Part shown: positions 9,184 to 19,216 of the stretch, piece after piece
Layout of the letters: each line of letters opens with the position of its first letter
How positions within the stretch are numbered: the stretch's first letter is position 1
Virus record (IMG/VR): IMGVR_UViG_3300016476_000359
Location: 1-42,158 of that record
Reading direction: 5' to 3' (one strand)
DNA length: 42,158 bases
Origin: a virus
Lineage: Duplodnaviria; Caudoviricetes
The notes under the pieces: generated by a model
Told to the model about the DNA's origin: nothing
The model's database searches: none
The model's input: the letters and a program-made list of their open reading frames with translations, nothing else
Program-made: the position numbers and the translations under genes

Positions 9184-9839
9184 GCTACAACGACCCCACA
9201 AAGACCGTTGCCAATGTTGCAAACTCGGTCAAGCGCCTGTTTGGTGACGAGTCTGGTGTCCAGCTCGTCGACAACGACATCATCACCTGGACTAACGAGG
9301 CTCAGCAAGCCATCGCTGACAGCACCAAAGTGCTCAAGGCTAAGGCAACAACCTCGATGGTGGCAGGCACCAACACCTACTCCCTGTCGGCTGTCACGCC
9401 CAAGATTCTGCAGATTGAAAGCCTGCTGGTCAACGGTCGTCGCATCGGCAACATGTCGGTTGCTCAAGCAGAAGAGACTATCTCGCAGTCAGACCCGCTG
9501 GCAGAGGAAGAGGGCTTCCCTGCATTTTGGTACGAGTGGGCAGGAGAGATTACTTTCTGGCCCAAGCCGAACCTCAACGCAGAAATCCTGATTCGCTACA
9601 CGGCAAACCCCGCAGTCGTGTCGGCCCTGACTGATACTCTGTCACTCCCTGACGAGTTCTTCTCTGATGTCGTCAACTTCGTGCTCAAGCGAGCCTACGA
9701 AATGGACGAGAACGAATCGATGATGAACTACAAGCGTCAAGAGTTTGAGAACTCCATGATGGAGCTGACTGACGAAGAGCGTCAGGCACAGAACATGACT
9801 TACGAAACGCTGACCGTTTACGAAAACAGGTGGTACTAA
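9180..9839 (+). CDS. Head-tail adaptor (tail tubular protein A-like)
   Basis: Position and motifs IITWTNEAQ, GTNTYSL, ITFWPKP, LPDEF typical of podoviral adaptors. Confidence 0.75.
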   Translation: MSYNDPTKTVANVANSVKRLFGDESGVQLVDNDIITWTNEAQQAIADSTKVLKAKATTSMVAGTNTYSLSAVTPKILQIESLLVNGRRIGNMSVAQAEETISQSDPLAEEEGFPAFWYEWAGEITFWPKPNLNAEILIRYTANPAVVSALTDTLSLPDEFFSDVVNFVLKRAYEMDENESMMNYKRQEFENSMMELTDEERQAQNMTYETLTVYENRWY

Positions 9840-9840
9840 C

Positions 9841-11394
9841 TTGAGTGGACAACAAGTCCCTATCGGCCCCTTTGTCGGGGGCCTCAACACATTCAGCGAC
9901 CCTGCATCAGTGTCGTCGAATGAGCTTGTTGTCGCTCAAAATGTCGAACTAGACCTTGACGGTTCTATCAAGTCACGCCCGCCGTTTGTAGATACCACAA
10001 TCAACATGAGTCTGGGTAGTACAGGCAACATTGTTCTACTTGGCTACTACTACGACACTGCAGGCTCACCGTACTTGCTGGCTACAAATGGACTCGACAA
10101 CACCTATTTCTTTACGGGTTCCGCTTGGGTCAGCATCTTTGGGGCGGGAGGCACCGCGTTTGCCGCCACCGCTTTCACGCAGTATGACGGCAAAGCGTAC
10201 CTGCTTGCGCCTGAAGGAAGCTCGGGCTCCAGTGGCTACTGGGTTCCTGGTGGAACCTACGGTACCTACACAACCGTGACCAACATGCCTAAGGGCACCA
10301 TTCTTATCAACCACAAAGACCGTCTGTGGGTTTCTGGCTTTGCCAGCCAACCAACTAGAGTTCAGTACTCAAACATCCTTGGAGACCCTGCAGGTTTCTG
10401 GGTTGCCGTTCCTGATTTTATCGACATTGGTTTTGGTGACGGGCAAGAAATCGTGGAGCTTGTCGTGTTTTACAACACGATTATGGTGTTCCGTAGCCGA
10501 AGCATTTGGAGTTACACCTACAGCGATGACCCCGCAGGCGGTGTCGTGTCGCAGGTCGTTGGTAGTATTGGACTTTCGGCTAAACAAGCCGTAGTTGTGT
10601 TCGAGAGCTACATCTACTTTATGTACGATGACCGTGCTTACGAGTTTACTAACGGGCGAGCAGCGCAACTCAACCTGAAAGTTCCGTTTACGGCTACTAC
10701 GCAATCGGGTATCTACATGCCGTTTGTCGTGTCAGAGTTCAATCGTCGCATCATCTTCTCGTATTACGACACGATGTATGTTTACAACTTGATTACCCGT
10801 ACCTGGACCTCGTGGAAGAGCACTGTCTACGGCTCCATTGGCAAGATTATGAAGCGCGAAAGCGAAGACATTGACACGATTGCCTACGCGCACAGCTCCA
10901 CAGCAGTTACTGGGGGAACTCGAGCCGCCAAGACTTTGACTATTTCAGATGTGCTCGGCAACAGCGGAGAATCTATGGTCTGCACAATCCAGACTAAAGA
11001 CCTCGATTACAGCGCGACTGCCAAGTTCAAGCGTCTATTCTGGTGGGGTGTCGATGGGCTATTCCGTGGAACGCTGACAGCTACTGCTTACCCCATTTCG
11101 TTCAGCCAGCAGGTTACTTGGGGAACTGTCCGAGCAACCACTTGGGCAAACATTCGTAACTTTACCTGGAGCCAGCCTCAGACACCGCAAGCCTTTGTCG
11201 AAACTGTACGCACGACAGCAGGTACCACTCCTGGTCGTCGACTTATCAAGTTCCTCAAGAGCCTGCGCTTCCGTCAAATCAACTTTAGGATTTCGGTGAC
11301 GCTAGATGGTACGACAAGTACTGCACCTATGCGTATCTTCTCGCTTGTGACCTATGTTGACGCTAAGGAAACTGTGTCGAAAGCCATAAACTAA
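9841..11394 (+). CDS. Tail nozzle / DNA stabilisation protein (tubular B / P22 gp10-like)
   Basis: N-terminal F.GGLN...NV.LD.DGSIKSRP; beta-propeller-like composition (HKDRLWV, VQYS); position after the adaptor. Confidence 0.78.
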   Translation: MSGQQVPIGPFVGGLNTFSDPASVSSNELVVAQNVELDLDGSIKSRPPFVDTTINMSLGSTGNIVLLGYYYDTAGSPYLLATNGLDNTYFFTGSAWVSIFGAGGTAFAATAFTQYDGKAYLLAPEGSSGSSGYWVPGGTYGTYTTVTNMPKGTILINHKDRLWVSGFASQPTRVQYSNILGDPAGFWVAVPDFIDIGFGDGQEIVELVVFYNTIMVFRSRSIWSYTYSDDPAGGVVSQVVGSIGLSAKQAVVVFESYIYFMYDDRAYEFTNGRAAQLNLKVPFTATTQSGIYMPFVVSEFNRRIIFSYYDTMYVYNLITRTWTSWKSTVYGSIGKIMKRESEDIDTIAYAHSSTAVTGGTRAAKTLTISDVLGNSGESMVCTIQTKDLDYSATAKFKRLFWWGVDGLFRGTLTATAYPISFSQQVTWGTVRATTWANIRNFTWSQPQTPQAFVETVRTTAGTTPGRRLIKFLKSLRFRQINFRISVTLDGTTSTAPMRIFSLVTYVDAKETVSKAIN

Positions 11395-11408
11395 ACTAAT
11401 TTATGGTT

Positions 11409-11414
11409 TAGAAT
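11409..11414 (+). promoter_or_regulatory. -10 promoter (TAGAAT), leaderless start at 11421
   Basis: 6 nt before the ATG; no SD. Confidence 0.65.
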
Positions 11415-11420
11415 AAGCAC

Positions 11421-11624
11421 ATGGCAAATCCTATTCGCAAGAGCTTCCAATCAGCTCCTGTGGCTGGGGGAGGATTCAATCCTTACGCTGCTGGAAAGAA
11501 GCATTACGGCACAGGCCGTCCCATGCCGACGACTGGCAAGATTGCTAATAAGTACGGTTACGCCGAGCGTGATGCGAAAGCAAAGGCTCGTCGTGAGGCT
11601 CTACAACGAAGGATGGGAAAGTAG
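11421..11624 (+). CDS. Small basic hypothetical protein
   Basis: 67 aa, K/R-rich, coupled to the next gene. Confidence 0.65.
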   Translation: MANPIRKSFQSAPVAGGGFNPYAAGKKHYGTGRPMPTTGKIANKYGYAERDAKAKARREALQRRMGK

Positions 11625-11926
11625 TGTCGAAGACGGCTGCGTGGACTCGCAAAGAGGGTAAGAACCCTCGAGGCGGGTTGAACGAGGCTGGTCGTCGTTC
11701 CTACGAAAGGCAAAACCCTGGTTCTGACCTCAAACCGCCTGTAAAGTCGGGAAGTAATCCTCGACGAGCATCGTTCCTGGCGCGTATGGGGAACATGCCT
11801 GGCCCTGAGCGTAAGCCTAACGGAGAGCCCACGCGCCTACTGCTATCATTGCAAGCGTGGGGAGCGTCCTCGAAAGATGACGCTCGTCAAAAAGCTGCGG
11901 CTATTCGCCGTAGAAAGGAAAAGTAA
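11624..11926 (+). CDS. Small basic phage protein (DUF6321-like)
   Basis: AWTRKEGKNP.GGLN..GR.SY ... RR.SFLARM ... SLQAW pattern, widespread in aquatic phages. Confidence 0.75.
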   Translation: MSKTAAWTRKEGKNPRGGLNEAGRRSYERQNPGSDLKPPVKSGSNPRRASFLARMGNMPGPERKPNGEPTRLLLSLQAWGASSKDDARQKAAAIRRRKEK

Positions 11927-12141
11927 TGGACAACAGCGGTAAGGGTATGTTTGCAGGCCCTGTCGAAAAGATGCGTAAGAAGCCTGAAGTTGGTGTTGGT
12001 CCTGTCATGCGGGACAAGCCGACTACTGGCGGACCGATGCCTAAGTTCGAGATGCCTGGAAACCGAGTTGCTCCTGGCGGAAACAAGAAGAACAAGGACA
12101 TGTTCCGCAAGCAGGCAATCTCTAAGCGCCTCGGGAAGTAG
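11926..12141 (+). CDS. Small basic hypothetical protein
   Basis: 71 aa, K/P/G/M-rich; ends like the 11421 protein (R..A...R.GK). Confidence 0.6.
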   Translation: MDNSGKGMFAGPVEKMRKKPEVGVGPVMRDKPTTGGPMPKFEMPGNRVAPGGNKKNKDMFRKQAISKRLGK

Positions 12142-12143
12142 TC

Positions 12144-12620
12144 ATGGCTAAGGCTAAGGACGACGAAAAAACGATTCTCGCTGCTGACACTGATTTTCAG
12201 CGTCAGCAAGCGGCTATCAATCGTGCCTTAGCTCAGTACCGAGCAGGTCAAGCAGCGACCGCTGGTGCTCGCAAACTGGACCTGTCGAACGCCTACAACG
12301 CTCTCGGCTACAACCCCGACAACGGCTCATTTGATGTCTTTGACAAGTCGCGTGGTTATGCTCAAGCAACTAATGCTGCTCGCCAAAACTTTGCTGGTCG
12401 TGGCATGCTTCGCTCGTCTGGCTATGGCGCGGCTCGTACTGGGCTTGGTCGTCAGTTTGAAGAGCAAGCCTCTGGTCTCAAGACTGGTCAGCAACAGTTC
12501 GAGTCTGGTCAAGAACTTGACCGTCAAGCTTTCGAGGCTGAGCAAGCAGACGCTTTGGCGGCTGCTCGTGAGGCTGCCCTTCGTCGTTGGCAAGATGCCC
12601 AGCGAGCAGGATTGTTCTAG
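12144..12620 (+). CDS. Internal virion / ejection protein (small)
   Basis: A/Q/G-rich helical protein with AGRGMLRSSG motif, in the ejection-protein position. Confidence 0.65.
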   Translation: MAKAKDDEKTILAADTDFQRQQAAINRALAQYRAGQAATAGARKLDLSNAYNALGYNPDNGSFDVFDKSRGYAQATNAARQNFAGRGMLRSSGYGAARTGLGRQFEEQASGLKTGQQQFESGQELDRQAFEAEQADALAAAREAALRRWQDAQRAGLF

Positions 12621-12628
12621 GAGTAACT

Positions 12629-13723
12629 ATGAGCACACCGTCTTACACTAACCTCAGTGGTGGATTTGGAGTAAAGAAATCTACAGATAGTCCTATCGGG
12701 GATTTTTTCAAAAGATTTGCTGAAAACTTCGGTAAAGCTTACACAACACATCAGACTGGTCTTGGTGGTGGAGGAGCTATTGCCAACCCTTACAGACTCG
12801 AGACGGGACTTCAGCGACCTGCTGACCGAATGGCAGATGGATTTGGCACTGGGCTAACTAGACCTGGCGGTGCGTCTCGTCCTGGTGGAGTCCGTGGGTT
12901 TATTGACTCCAGGAACCCTCCTGTAGTCAAGGACGCTGACTATTACCTGCAGCAAGCAGCGGCACTTCTTCCTGGCATTGATTTCTCAGGTCTTCGTGAC
13001 CGTGCATCCACCTCTGTGTCGGATGCAGACGCTCGTGTCAAGGCAATGTACCGTGCAATGCGCGACATTCAGGCTGAAGAAGCGGCTAACCGCGAAGCCT
13101 CGCGTACCGCTGCGGGTGAAGCCATTTCTACTTCTGCAGAGCAAGCCGCTTCTGACATCCAGCAGGGATACGACAACGCCATCAGCGCACTTGCTAACGA
13201 AATGGCTGCTCTTGGTATTGGAGAGACCCTGGCACAGGAGCCTGCTCAGCGTGTTGCTCAAGATGCAGGTCGTCAGCAAGCAATCTCCCGACAGCTGGGA
13301 CAGATTTCAGGTAACCTGAATAGGGAACTTGGACAGTCTGAAAGTGCTTTCAACCAGCAGATTCGTGATGTCACTGGTCTTGAGGGTGTCAACTTCCGTA
13401 GCCAGCTTCAAAACGATTTGCTCAACCGTTTGGCTCAACTTGACATGGCGGAGCAACAGCAAAACCAAGACCTTGCCCTGCAGCGCCTCAACTACGCTCA
13501 GGGACTTCGTGGATTCGAGCAGAGCTTTGAGCCTCAGCAAATGTCTGTCGAAGACACTCTCGCTATGCAGCGATTTAGTGCTGACCAAGCACGGGCTGAC
13601 CGAGACTACTACAGGCAGATTGTAGAGATGTTCTTGAACCCTGATGGAAGTAACTACGACGAGGCTACACAACTCGCCAATAGGTTCCTCCAGCAACAGG
13701 GACTTCTTCCCGCAACAGGGTAG
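12629..13723 (+). CDS. Internal virion / ejection protein (medium)
   Basis: ATG at 12629 follows AGGAG; A/Q-rich helical protein. Confidence 0.65.
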   Translation: MSTPSYTNLSGGFGVKKSTDSPIGDFFKRFAENFGKAYTTHQTGLGGGGAIANPYRLETGLQRPADRMADGFGTGLTRPGGASRPGGVRGFIDSRNPPVVKDADYYLQQAAALLPGIDFSGLRDRASTSVSDADARVKAMYRAMRDIQAEEAANREASRTAAGEAISTSAEQAASDIQQGYDNAISALANEMAALGIGETLAQEPAQRVAQDAGRQQAISRQLGQISGNLNRELGQSESAFNQQIRDVTGLEGVNFRSQLQNDLLNRLAQLDMAEQQQNQDLALQRLNYAQGLRGFEQSFEPQQMSVEDTLAMQRFSADQARADRDYYRQIVEMFLNPDGSNYDEATQLANRFLQQQGLLPATG

Positions 13724-13732
13724 TATTGAAGC

Positions 13733-16700
13733 ATGGCTTCTCAGCAACCTGTTCCCAATCAGGCTGTACTGGACTTTTTAGCGAAGAATAAAGCGTCCAC
13801 TACGGGGTTCAAGCCTGTTGACTTACGCTCGGCTGACGCTACTCAATACAGCGCTATCAAGGACCGAGACGCTTCAGACCAGGATTTTCTGTCGTGGCTG
13901 ATTGACATTGCTTCTCGCCCCCTGTTTGCGGGGACAGAAACAGTTAGCTCGATTATTGATGCTGCCGACCCGCAAAGTGCAATGGATTTGGGCCAGCGTG
14001 TTGGGCATGTTGTTTCTGCGCCTTTCCGTGGATTCTTCTCAACAAACCCTGAAGACAAGATTTACACTGGTGAACTTATTGAAAAAGCCACCGATGTTGT
14101 GGGTAAGAATACTAATCCTGCTTACAAAGACACGCAGAACAATGTGGACCCCCTACTGAAGGGTGCGCTTGGTTTTGTCGGTGATGTTGCAGCTGACCCG
14201 CTTACCTACATCGGTCTTGGTACTTTGCGTAACGCAGGGCAGGCTGTCAAGGCTGGAGCCAAAGCTGCCGCGCCTGTAGTTGCAGGTGCAACCAGGGCAG
14301 CTACCCGCGCTGTCAAAAAGACTGTAGGCAAGATTCGCAAAGCAGATGATGTCGTAGACATTGAGCCTTTGGCTAAGACCATTGCTGATGCCGACACTGA
14401 AGTATTAGTAACCGACACCATCCAGCAGTCAGCAGCTAAGGGGGCCCCTGCCCCTGAAGTTCCTGAGCCGACTCCTGCCCCCACACCCGCACCTAAGCCT
14501 CTGTCGGCTCGTGAGCAAAAAATTGCTGACGCTGAAGCAGCTGAGGCTGAGCGTGTTGCTAAGTTTACTGAGAAGTACGCGGATGCTCCGCTTCGTGCAG
14601 TTATCAACGCTACGAGGACTGCGGGCGGTAAGAAGAAACTCACTGAGCAGATTCGCGAGATGCAAGCTCCGCAAAGCTATGCCGAGTATGGCGACCTTGT
14701 TGACGAGACTCCTCGTTCTTTTGAAGACTTCCAACGAACAATCGTTCAGACTGCTAGACAGTTTGAAGAACCTGTAATTGTAAAGGTTACTCAAGCTGTC
14801 GAAAAGGCAGATGGCTCTGGCATGACGAAGACCTCTGCCGAAGTCAATGTAACTGAATTGGCTGAAAAAGCAGACAAGATTCTTCGCAGGAAACCGAGCA
14901 AGCAACTCAAAGACGCTCAGGCAGCTTTGGCTAAGGCAGAATCTCAGCTTGCCCTTTTCCAGCGTAACGCAGACAACTTTGCCAAGACTTATGGAGACAC
15001 GCCTCTTAGTGAGCTCCCGCCCGCCCAGCAAGCAGATATTAGAAATATCAATTCGCTTATTTCTCAGGGTCAGACGCTTATCGAAAAGCAAAAAGCTCTT
15101 ATTGATAGCTTGACATTGAGTAAATCTCCTGAGTATCAGCGGATTATGAGTGACCTCGAAGCTGTCTACGAAAAATACCTAGATGCTTTCAAGGCCGAAA
15201 CTCTTGGCGAGAACAAGGTAGTGTCAATCTTTGGTGACATTATTTCTGTCGACAAGTCGACTAAAGTAACTACAGCTTTAGGTAACTATCAGGTTTTGTA
15301 CCGCTATCAGCGAGACTTTGTAGAGGCATTGTTCGGTAAGAACCTTGCTAACAACTTGCGTAAACTTGGTCCCGAACAATTTGAAAAGTCGCTTGACGAT
15401 TTCCTTGGAGTTCTCGACAAAGACGGTCTTATTGATGAGCTCGTAGCGAGCCCTACCAGTTCGATGGTAGGCGATAAGCAACGACGACTTATTCAGTTCA
15501 TCGAGCGTGTCGGTGTCGATTACGAGTCTTTCCGACAGCTTCAGGCACAAGCTTCTGTCCGAGCAACTGTCAGCCCTAACACTGCAGCGACTACGCCTGC
15601 GGAAGCTGCTGCGGATTTCATCGGTGATGTAGACCTAAACAGCATCAAGTCAGATTACGGATTTGGTAGTGTAGCTGATGCAGCCTTCGGAATAGACATT
15701 GCCAAGAAAGCAATCGCAGAAGTTTTCACTAAAGATGTTGCGGTCAAACTTGGCGGTCGCTACAAGTTTACTAGCAAGACTGGGGTACTTCAGTCTAGTG
15801 ACGACTTTGGTATTGGAATCGCTCGTGACCTTTCTCGCGCAAACACATTCTTCCAATTTGACATCTACAAAGCAGTAAACGAGCCTATCTTCGATTACCT
15901 ACTCAATGATGTCAAGCTACAAGGTAAAGAACTTATTGCTGCTCGATACTCGCTTGGAAAAGCGACAATCGAACTTGTCGAAGACTTCTTCCGTCAAAAC
16001 GGATTCAACCTCCACATCGACAACCCGCTTGGGCCCGAGCGTTTTCTCCTGAGCACTTCTGATGTATTTGAGGTAGTTGCAACTACGCCTAAGAATAGGT
16101 TTGCAGTATCGGCAGCGTTCTTCAATGCTGCTGGAGATGTTGTCAAGACTACGGCTGGAACTGGCTCACCTATCACTAAGTACATGGACGCTTTGGCAGT
16201 TGCGCTTGCTGGTGGCGATAGGGCGGCTGTTCGCAAGATGCTGACTAGCACGACGCAGCGAAACAAGGCAAAGCTTACTGCTGCGGAGGCTAAGCAAGCT
16301 CGTGCAAAAGTAAATGCCGCTGACCCTGGAGCTGGTGGTCAGGAAAAGATTGACAACTTCCTGTCTAAGAAAAAGGCAGTAGGTGTTGCGGGCCGTCTTC
16401 CGAAAGCTAAAGAGGATACGAAGCTATCTATCGAAGGCGCAATCGTCACAAACAAACAGGGCAAAATGTACATCGGCTACGAAGCCGACACCCTTGCAGA
16501 CATCCTGACCGATTCCATTATGGATAACCTGGACGAACTGTCGGCACTTGCTGAAGCAAACCTCAAAGCTGCCCCTATCAAAGTAAAGGCAGACGCGACT
16601 GTAATTGCCAAAAAGACTATTACTGACATCCTCAAAAACTTTGGTCAGCCCGAAGACTTGGGTCGGGGAATCCTTGCTGTCGCTGCTCGAAAGAACGCTG

Positions 16701-19216
16701 TAGTCGACAACGCCGTCAAGGTAGGAGCGTCTCCGACAGCTCATGCGGCTGCTGAGGTAATTACTGATAACGCCATTGGCCCTGTCGCTCAGCAGACAGC
16801 TAAGTCTTTGGTCAAGAAGGCTGAAGCTGCCGCAGAGGAAATCAAGGGAGGCAAGGGAGTCTCTGCCGCTACTAAGAAGAAGCGGGACGAGGCAAACATA
16901 GAAGCAGCCGAGGCTGGTCAGAAGTTAGTCGATGACAACCTCCAAAACCTGAAGAACGCTGCTGACAATGGAGAGCTCCCTCCCGCTGCTGCTGATGAGG
17001 TCTACGAAGAGTTCAACCGTCAGGGACCTGACAAGATTACTTCAGATACTTTTGCTGGTATCAAGGGAACTATTGTCAACTTGATGTCCCCGTTCCGCAA
17101 AATGTTTATTGCTAACACGGGTCAGGTAAACGGCGAGCTTGACACTTTTGAAATTACCCGAAACGCGGGAAACATTGCTAGAGACATGTTGCAGGAACGA
17201 ACTCGTGAGTATCGACAGATTGCTAGAGATTACGGCGGATTTGTCGATGAGGCAAGAACAACTACCGAAATGCAGCAGGCTTTCATCAACATTCAAAAGA
17301 AAGCAAGCGCAAACGGCAACGCTCGCGTAGAAGAGGCAATGAAGAGGCTTCAGCCCGTACTTGCCACTCTGTTTGATTTCAGTAACACTGGCGACACTGC
17401 AGTCCTCAACACTGCCTTTATGCGTAACAACCCTGCTGGGCTCGAGTTACTCAACAAGACACTCAAAGAGTTTGACATTCTGCGTCCTAAAGGAGGGTAC
17501 AAGAGCAAACAAGCTCAAGACTTTGCCGACGCTGGAACCGATTTCTTCGACATCGGAAGAGCTATTGACGAGAAGAAGCGTCAGAAAAAACTAGGCAACG
17601 ACATTGACCTTCTGTCGGCTGCTATGGACCAATGGCGTGAATGGCCTGTAGACGATGTTCTGGACTTCTTGAGCAAGGCAGATGCGGTTGTTCTCCGACT
17701 GACCGCTGACACAGCAGCTGTCGGAAGCCTTCTGAAAACAGGTCTCAAGCATGGATTCATAGTAACTACGCCGCAAGAAGGTTTTACTAAACTTGTCTTT
17801 GACGGCAAGACTCGGTTCGGCCCTCTGCTCCAAGGAGAGTACTACTTCGACAAAGAAACTGCCGAGGTAATCTACACGATGGACCGTGTAATGCAGGAAA
17901 CGACAGACCTGGGTAAAGTCATTACTCAGTTCTATGACCCCACACTACAGGCTTGGCAGTTTTCTATTACTCAGCTTCGTCCTGGGCACCACGCTCGTAA
18001 CCTTATCGGTAACTTCAGCATGCAGTATCTCGCTGAAGGCTTCAAGGGAATGATTCCTGCTCGTCGAATGGCTGCCGAGGCACTGACGCTGATGGGCCGT
18101 ACAGAGGATGTTGACATGCTTCGCCTGCTCAACAACCTGGGCGAGCCTGTTGCCCCGAAACCTGGCAAGGTCATCAGCAAGGGTAACTATGGAGACCTTA
18201 CTCACGAAACTATTGTGGAGAACTTCCTCGCTCGAGGCATGCGTCGTACTGCGCGAGTCATCGATGACATTTGGGAAACCGAAGGATTTTTAGGCAAGTT
18301 CGGTAACGCTATTCGTAGGCTATCCGCACAAGACACGATTGTTGCAGATAAGGCAGGAAAGCTGTCCGAGTGGAACGACAACTGGAGCCGTCTCTCGCAC
18401 ATGTACCAAATCATCGAGAAGGAGCAGAAGGCTAAGGTCAAGCGCTTCAAGACATTCGATGAGTTGATGGATTATGCACAAAAGCGTGTTCAGCGATTCC
18501 ATCCCGACCCGACCACGCTCACCACTTTTGAGCGTAAGTACATGCGTCGTATTATCCCGTTCTACTCGTGGACTCGAGGTGCTATTCCTGCGCTTATCGA
18601 GGCATCGCTGTACAACCCTGGTCGTGTCACGGTATTCAACAAGGCCAGCTACAACCTCGCTGTTGCTATGGGTGTCAACCCTGATTCACTTTACGACCCG
18701 TTCCCTGAGGACCAACTGTTCCCCAGCTTCCTCACCGACAAGGTGCAGGGACCGCAGTTCAAGATTGGTGGAAAGTACTACAGCGTAAGCCCTGGATTTG
18801 TGTCGTGGGACTTGCCCAACACTTACATGTCGGACCCGTTCCGTGGAGCGCTTGGCTCGACTAGCCCGCTGATTCGTTTGCCTTTGGAGCTCATCACTGG
18901 CACCTCGCTCGGAACTGGCGCAAAGATTCGTGACTACTCTGACTATGTTGATTCCAACATTCCTGGAATCAACTACCTTGCCAGCGTGTCGGGATACAGC
19001 CCGACAGGTTCGATTGCTTCGATGCTACAAGGAATGGGTCTTGACCCGATGTACCAGGTTTCGGCAGGTAATCGCACAGGCACCTCTGCAGCCCTTTCTG
19101 CAGTAAACTGGCTAACAGGTTTTGGTATCTCTGAGTACAGCAGACCTAACTACATCAACTTCGCTGAAATTGAAAAGCGCAACCGAGAGGCGGTGAATAC
19201 AAGAAGTGGTTACTAA
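13733..19216 (+). CDS. Large internal virion / DNA ejection protein (1827 aa)
   Basis: Largest ORF, podoviral gp16-like position; DPLTY motif, Pro-rich linker, C-terminal PGHHARNLIGN and IIPFYSW motifs; no RNA-polymerase DFDGD motif seen. Confidence 0.75.
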   Translation: MASQQPVPNQAVLDFLAKNKASTTGFKPVDLRSADATQYSAIKDRDASDQDFLSWLIDIASRPLFAGTETVSSIIDAADPQSAMDLGQRVGHVVSAPFRGFFSTNPEDKIYTGELIEKATDVVGKNTNPAYKDTQNNVDPLLKGALGFVGDVAADPLTYIGLGTLRNAGQAVKAGAKAAAPVVAGATRAATRAVKKTVGKIRKADDVVDIEPLAKTIADADTEVLVTDTIQQSAAKGAPAPEVPEPTPAPTPAPKPLSAREQKIADAEAAEAERVAKFTEKYADAPLRAVINATRTAGGKKKLTEQIREMQAPQSYAEYGDLVDETPRSFEDFQRTIVQTARQFEEPVIVKVTQAVEKADGSGMTKTSAEVNVTELAEKADKILRRKPSKQLKDAQAALAKAESQLALFQRNADNFAKTYGDTPLSELPPAQQADIRNINSLISQGQTLIEKQKALIDSLTLSKSPEYQRIMSDLEAVYEKYLDAFKAETLGENKVVSIFGDIISVDKSTKVTTALGNYQVLYRYQRDFVEALFGKNLANNLRKLGPEQFEKSLDDFLGVLDKDGLIDELVASPTSSMVGDKQRRLIQFIERVGVDYESFRQLQAQASVRATVSPNTAATTPAEAAADFIGDVDLNSIKSDYGFGSVADAAFGIDIAKKAIAEVFTKDVAVKLGGRYKFTSKTGVLQSSDDFGIGIARDLSRANTFFQFDIYKAVNEPIFDYLLNDVKLQGKELIAARYSLGKATIELVEDFFRQNGFNLHIDNPLGPERFLLSTSDVFEVVATTPKNRFAVSAAFFNAAGDVVKTTAGTGSPITKYMDALAVALAGGDRAAVRKMLTSTTQRNKAKLTAAEAKQARAKVNAADPGAGGQEKIDNFLSKKKAVGVAGRLPKAKEDTKLSIEGAIVTNKQGKMYIGYEADTLADILTDSIMDNLDELSALAEANLKAAPIKVKADATVIAKKTITDILKNFGQPEDLGRGILAVAARKNAVVDNAVKVGASPTAHAAAEVITDNAIGPVAQQTAKSLVKKAEAAAEEIKGGKGVSAATKKKRDEANIEAAEAGQKLVDDNLQNLKNAADNGELPPAAADEVYEEFNRQGPDKITSDTFAGIKGTIVNLMSPFRKMFIANTGQVNGELDTFEITRNAGNIARDMLQERTREYRQIARDYGGFVDEARTTTEMQQAFINIQKKASANGNARVEEAMKRLQPVLATLFDFSNTGDTAVLNTAFMRNNPAGLELLNKTLKEFDILRPKGGYKSKQAQDFADAGTDFFDIGRAIDEKKRQKKLGNDIDLLSAAMDQWREWPVDDVLDFLSKADAVVLRLTADTAAVGSLLKTGLKHGFIVTTPQEGFTKLVFDGKTRFGPLLQGEYYFDKETAEVIYTMDRVMQETTDLGKVITQFYDPTLQAWQFSITQLRPGHHARNLIGNFSMQYLAEGFKGMIPARRMAAEALTLMGRTEDVDMLRLLNNLGEPVAPKPGKVISKGNYGDLTHETIVENFLARGMRRTARVIDDIWETEGFLGKFGNAIRRLSAQDTIVADKAGKLSEWNDNWSRLSHMYQIIEKEQKAKVKRFKTFDELMDYAQKRVQRFHPDPTTLTTFERKYMRRIIPFYSWTRGAIPALIEASLYNPGRVTVFNKASYNLAVAMGVNPDSLYDPFPEDQLFPSFLTDKVQGPQFKIGGKYYSVSPGFVSWDLPNTYMSDPFRGALGSTSPLIRLPLELITGTSLGTGAKIRDYSDYVDSNIPGINYLASVSGYSPTGSIASMLQGMGLDPMYQVSAGNRTGTSAALSAVNWLTGFGISEYSRPNYINFAEIEKRNREAVNTRSGY

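Noticed and set aside
13733-19216. Virion RNA polymerase or tape-measure protein
   Set aside because: No DFDGD/DxDGD polymerase motifs; no tail tube, sheath or chaperone genes, so podoviral ejection protein fits better.
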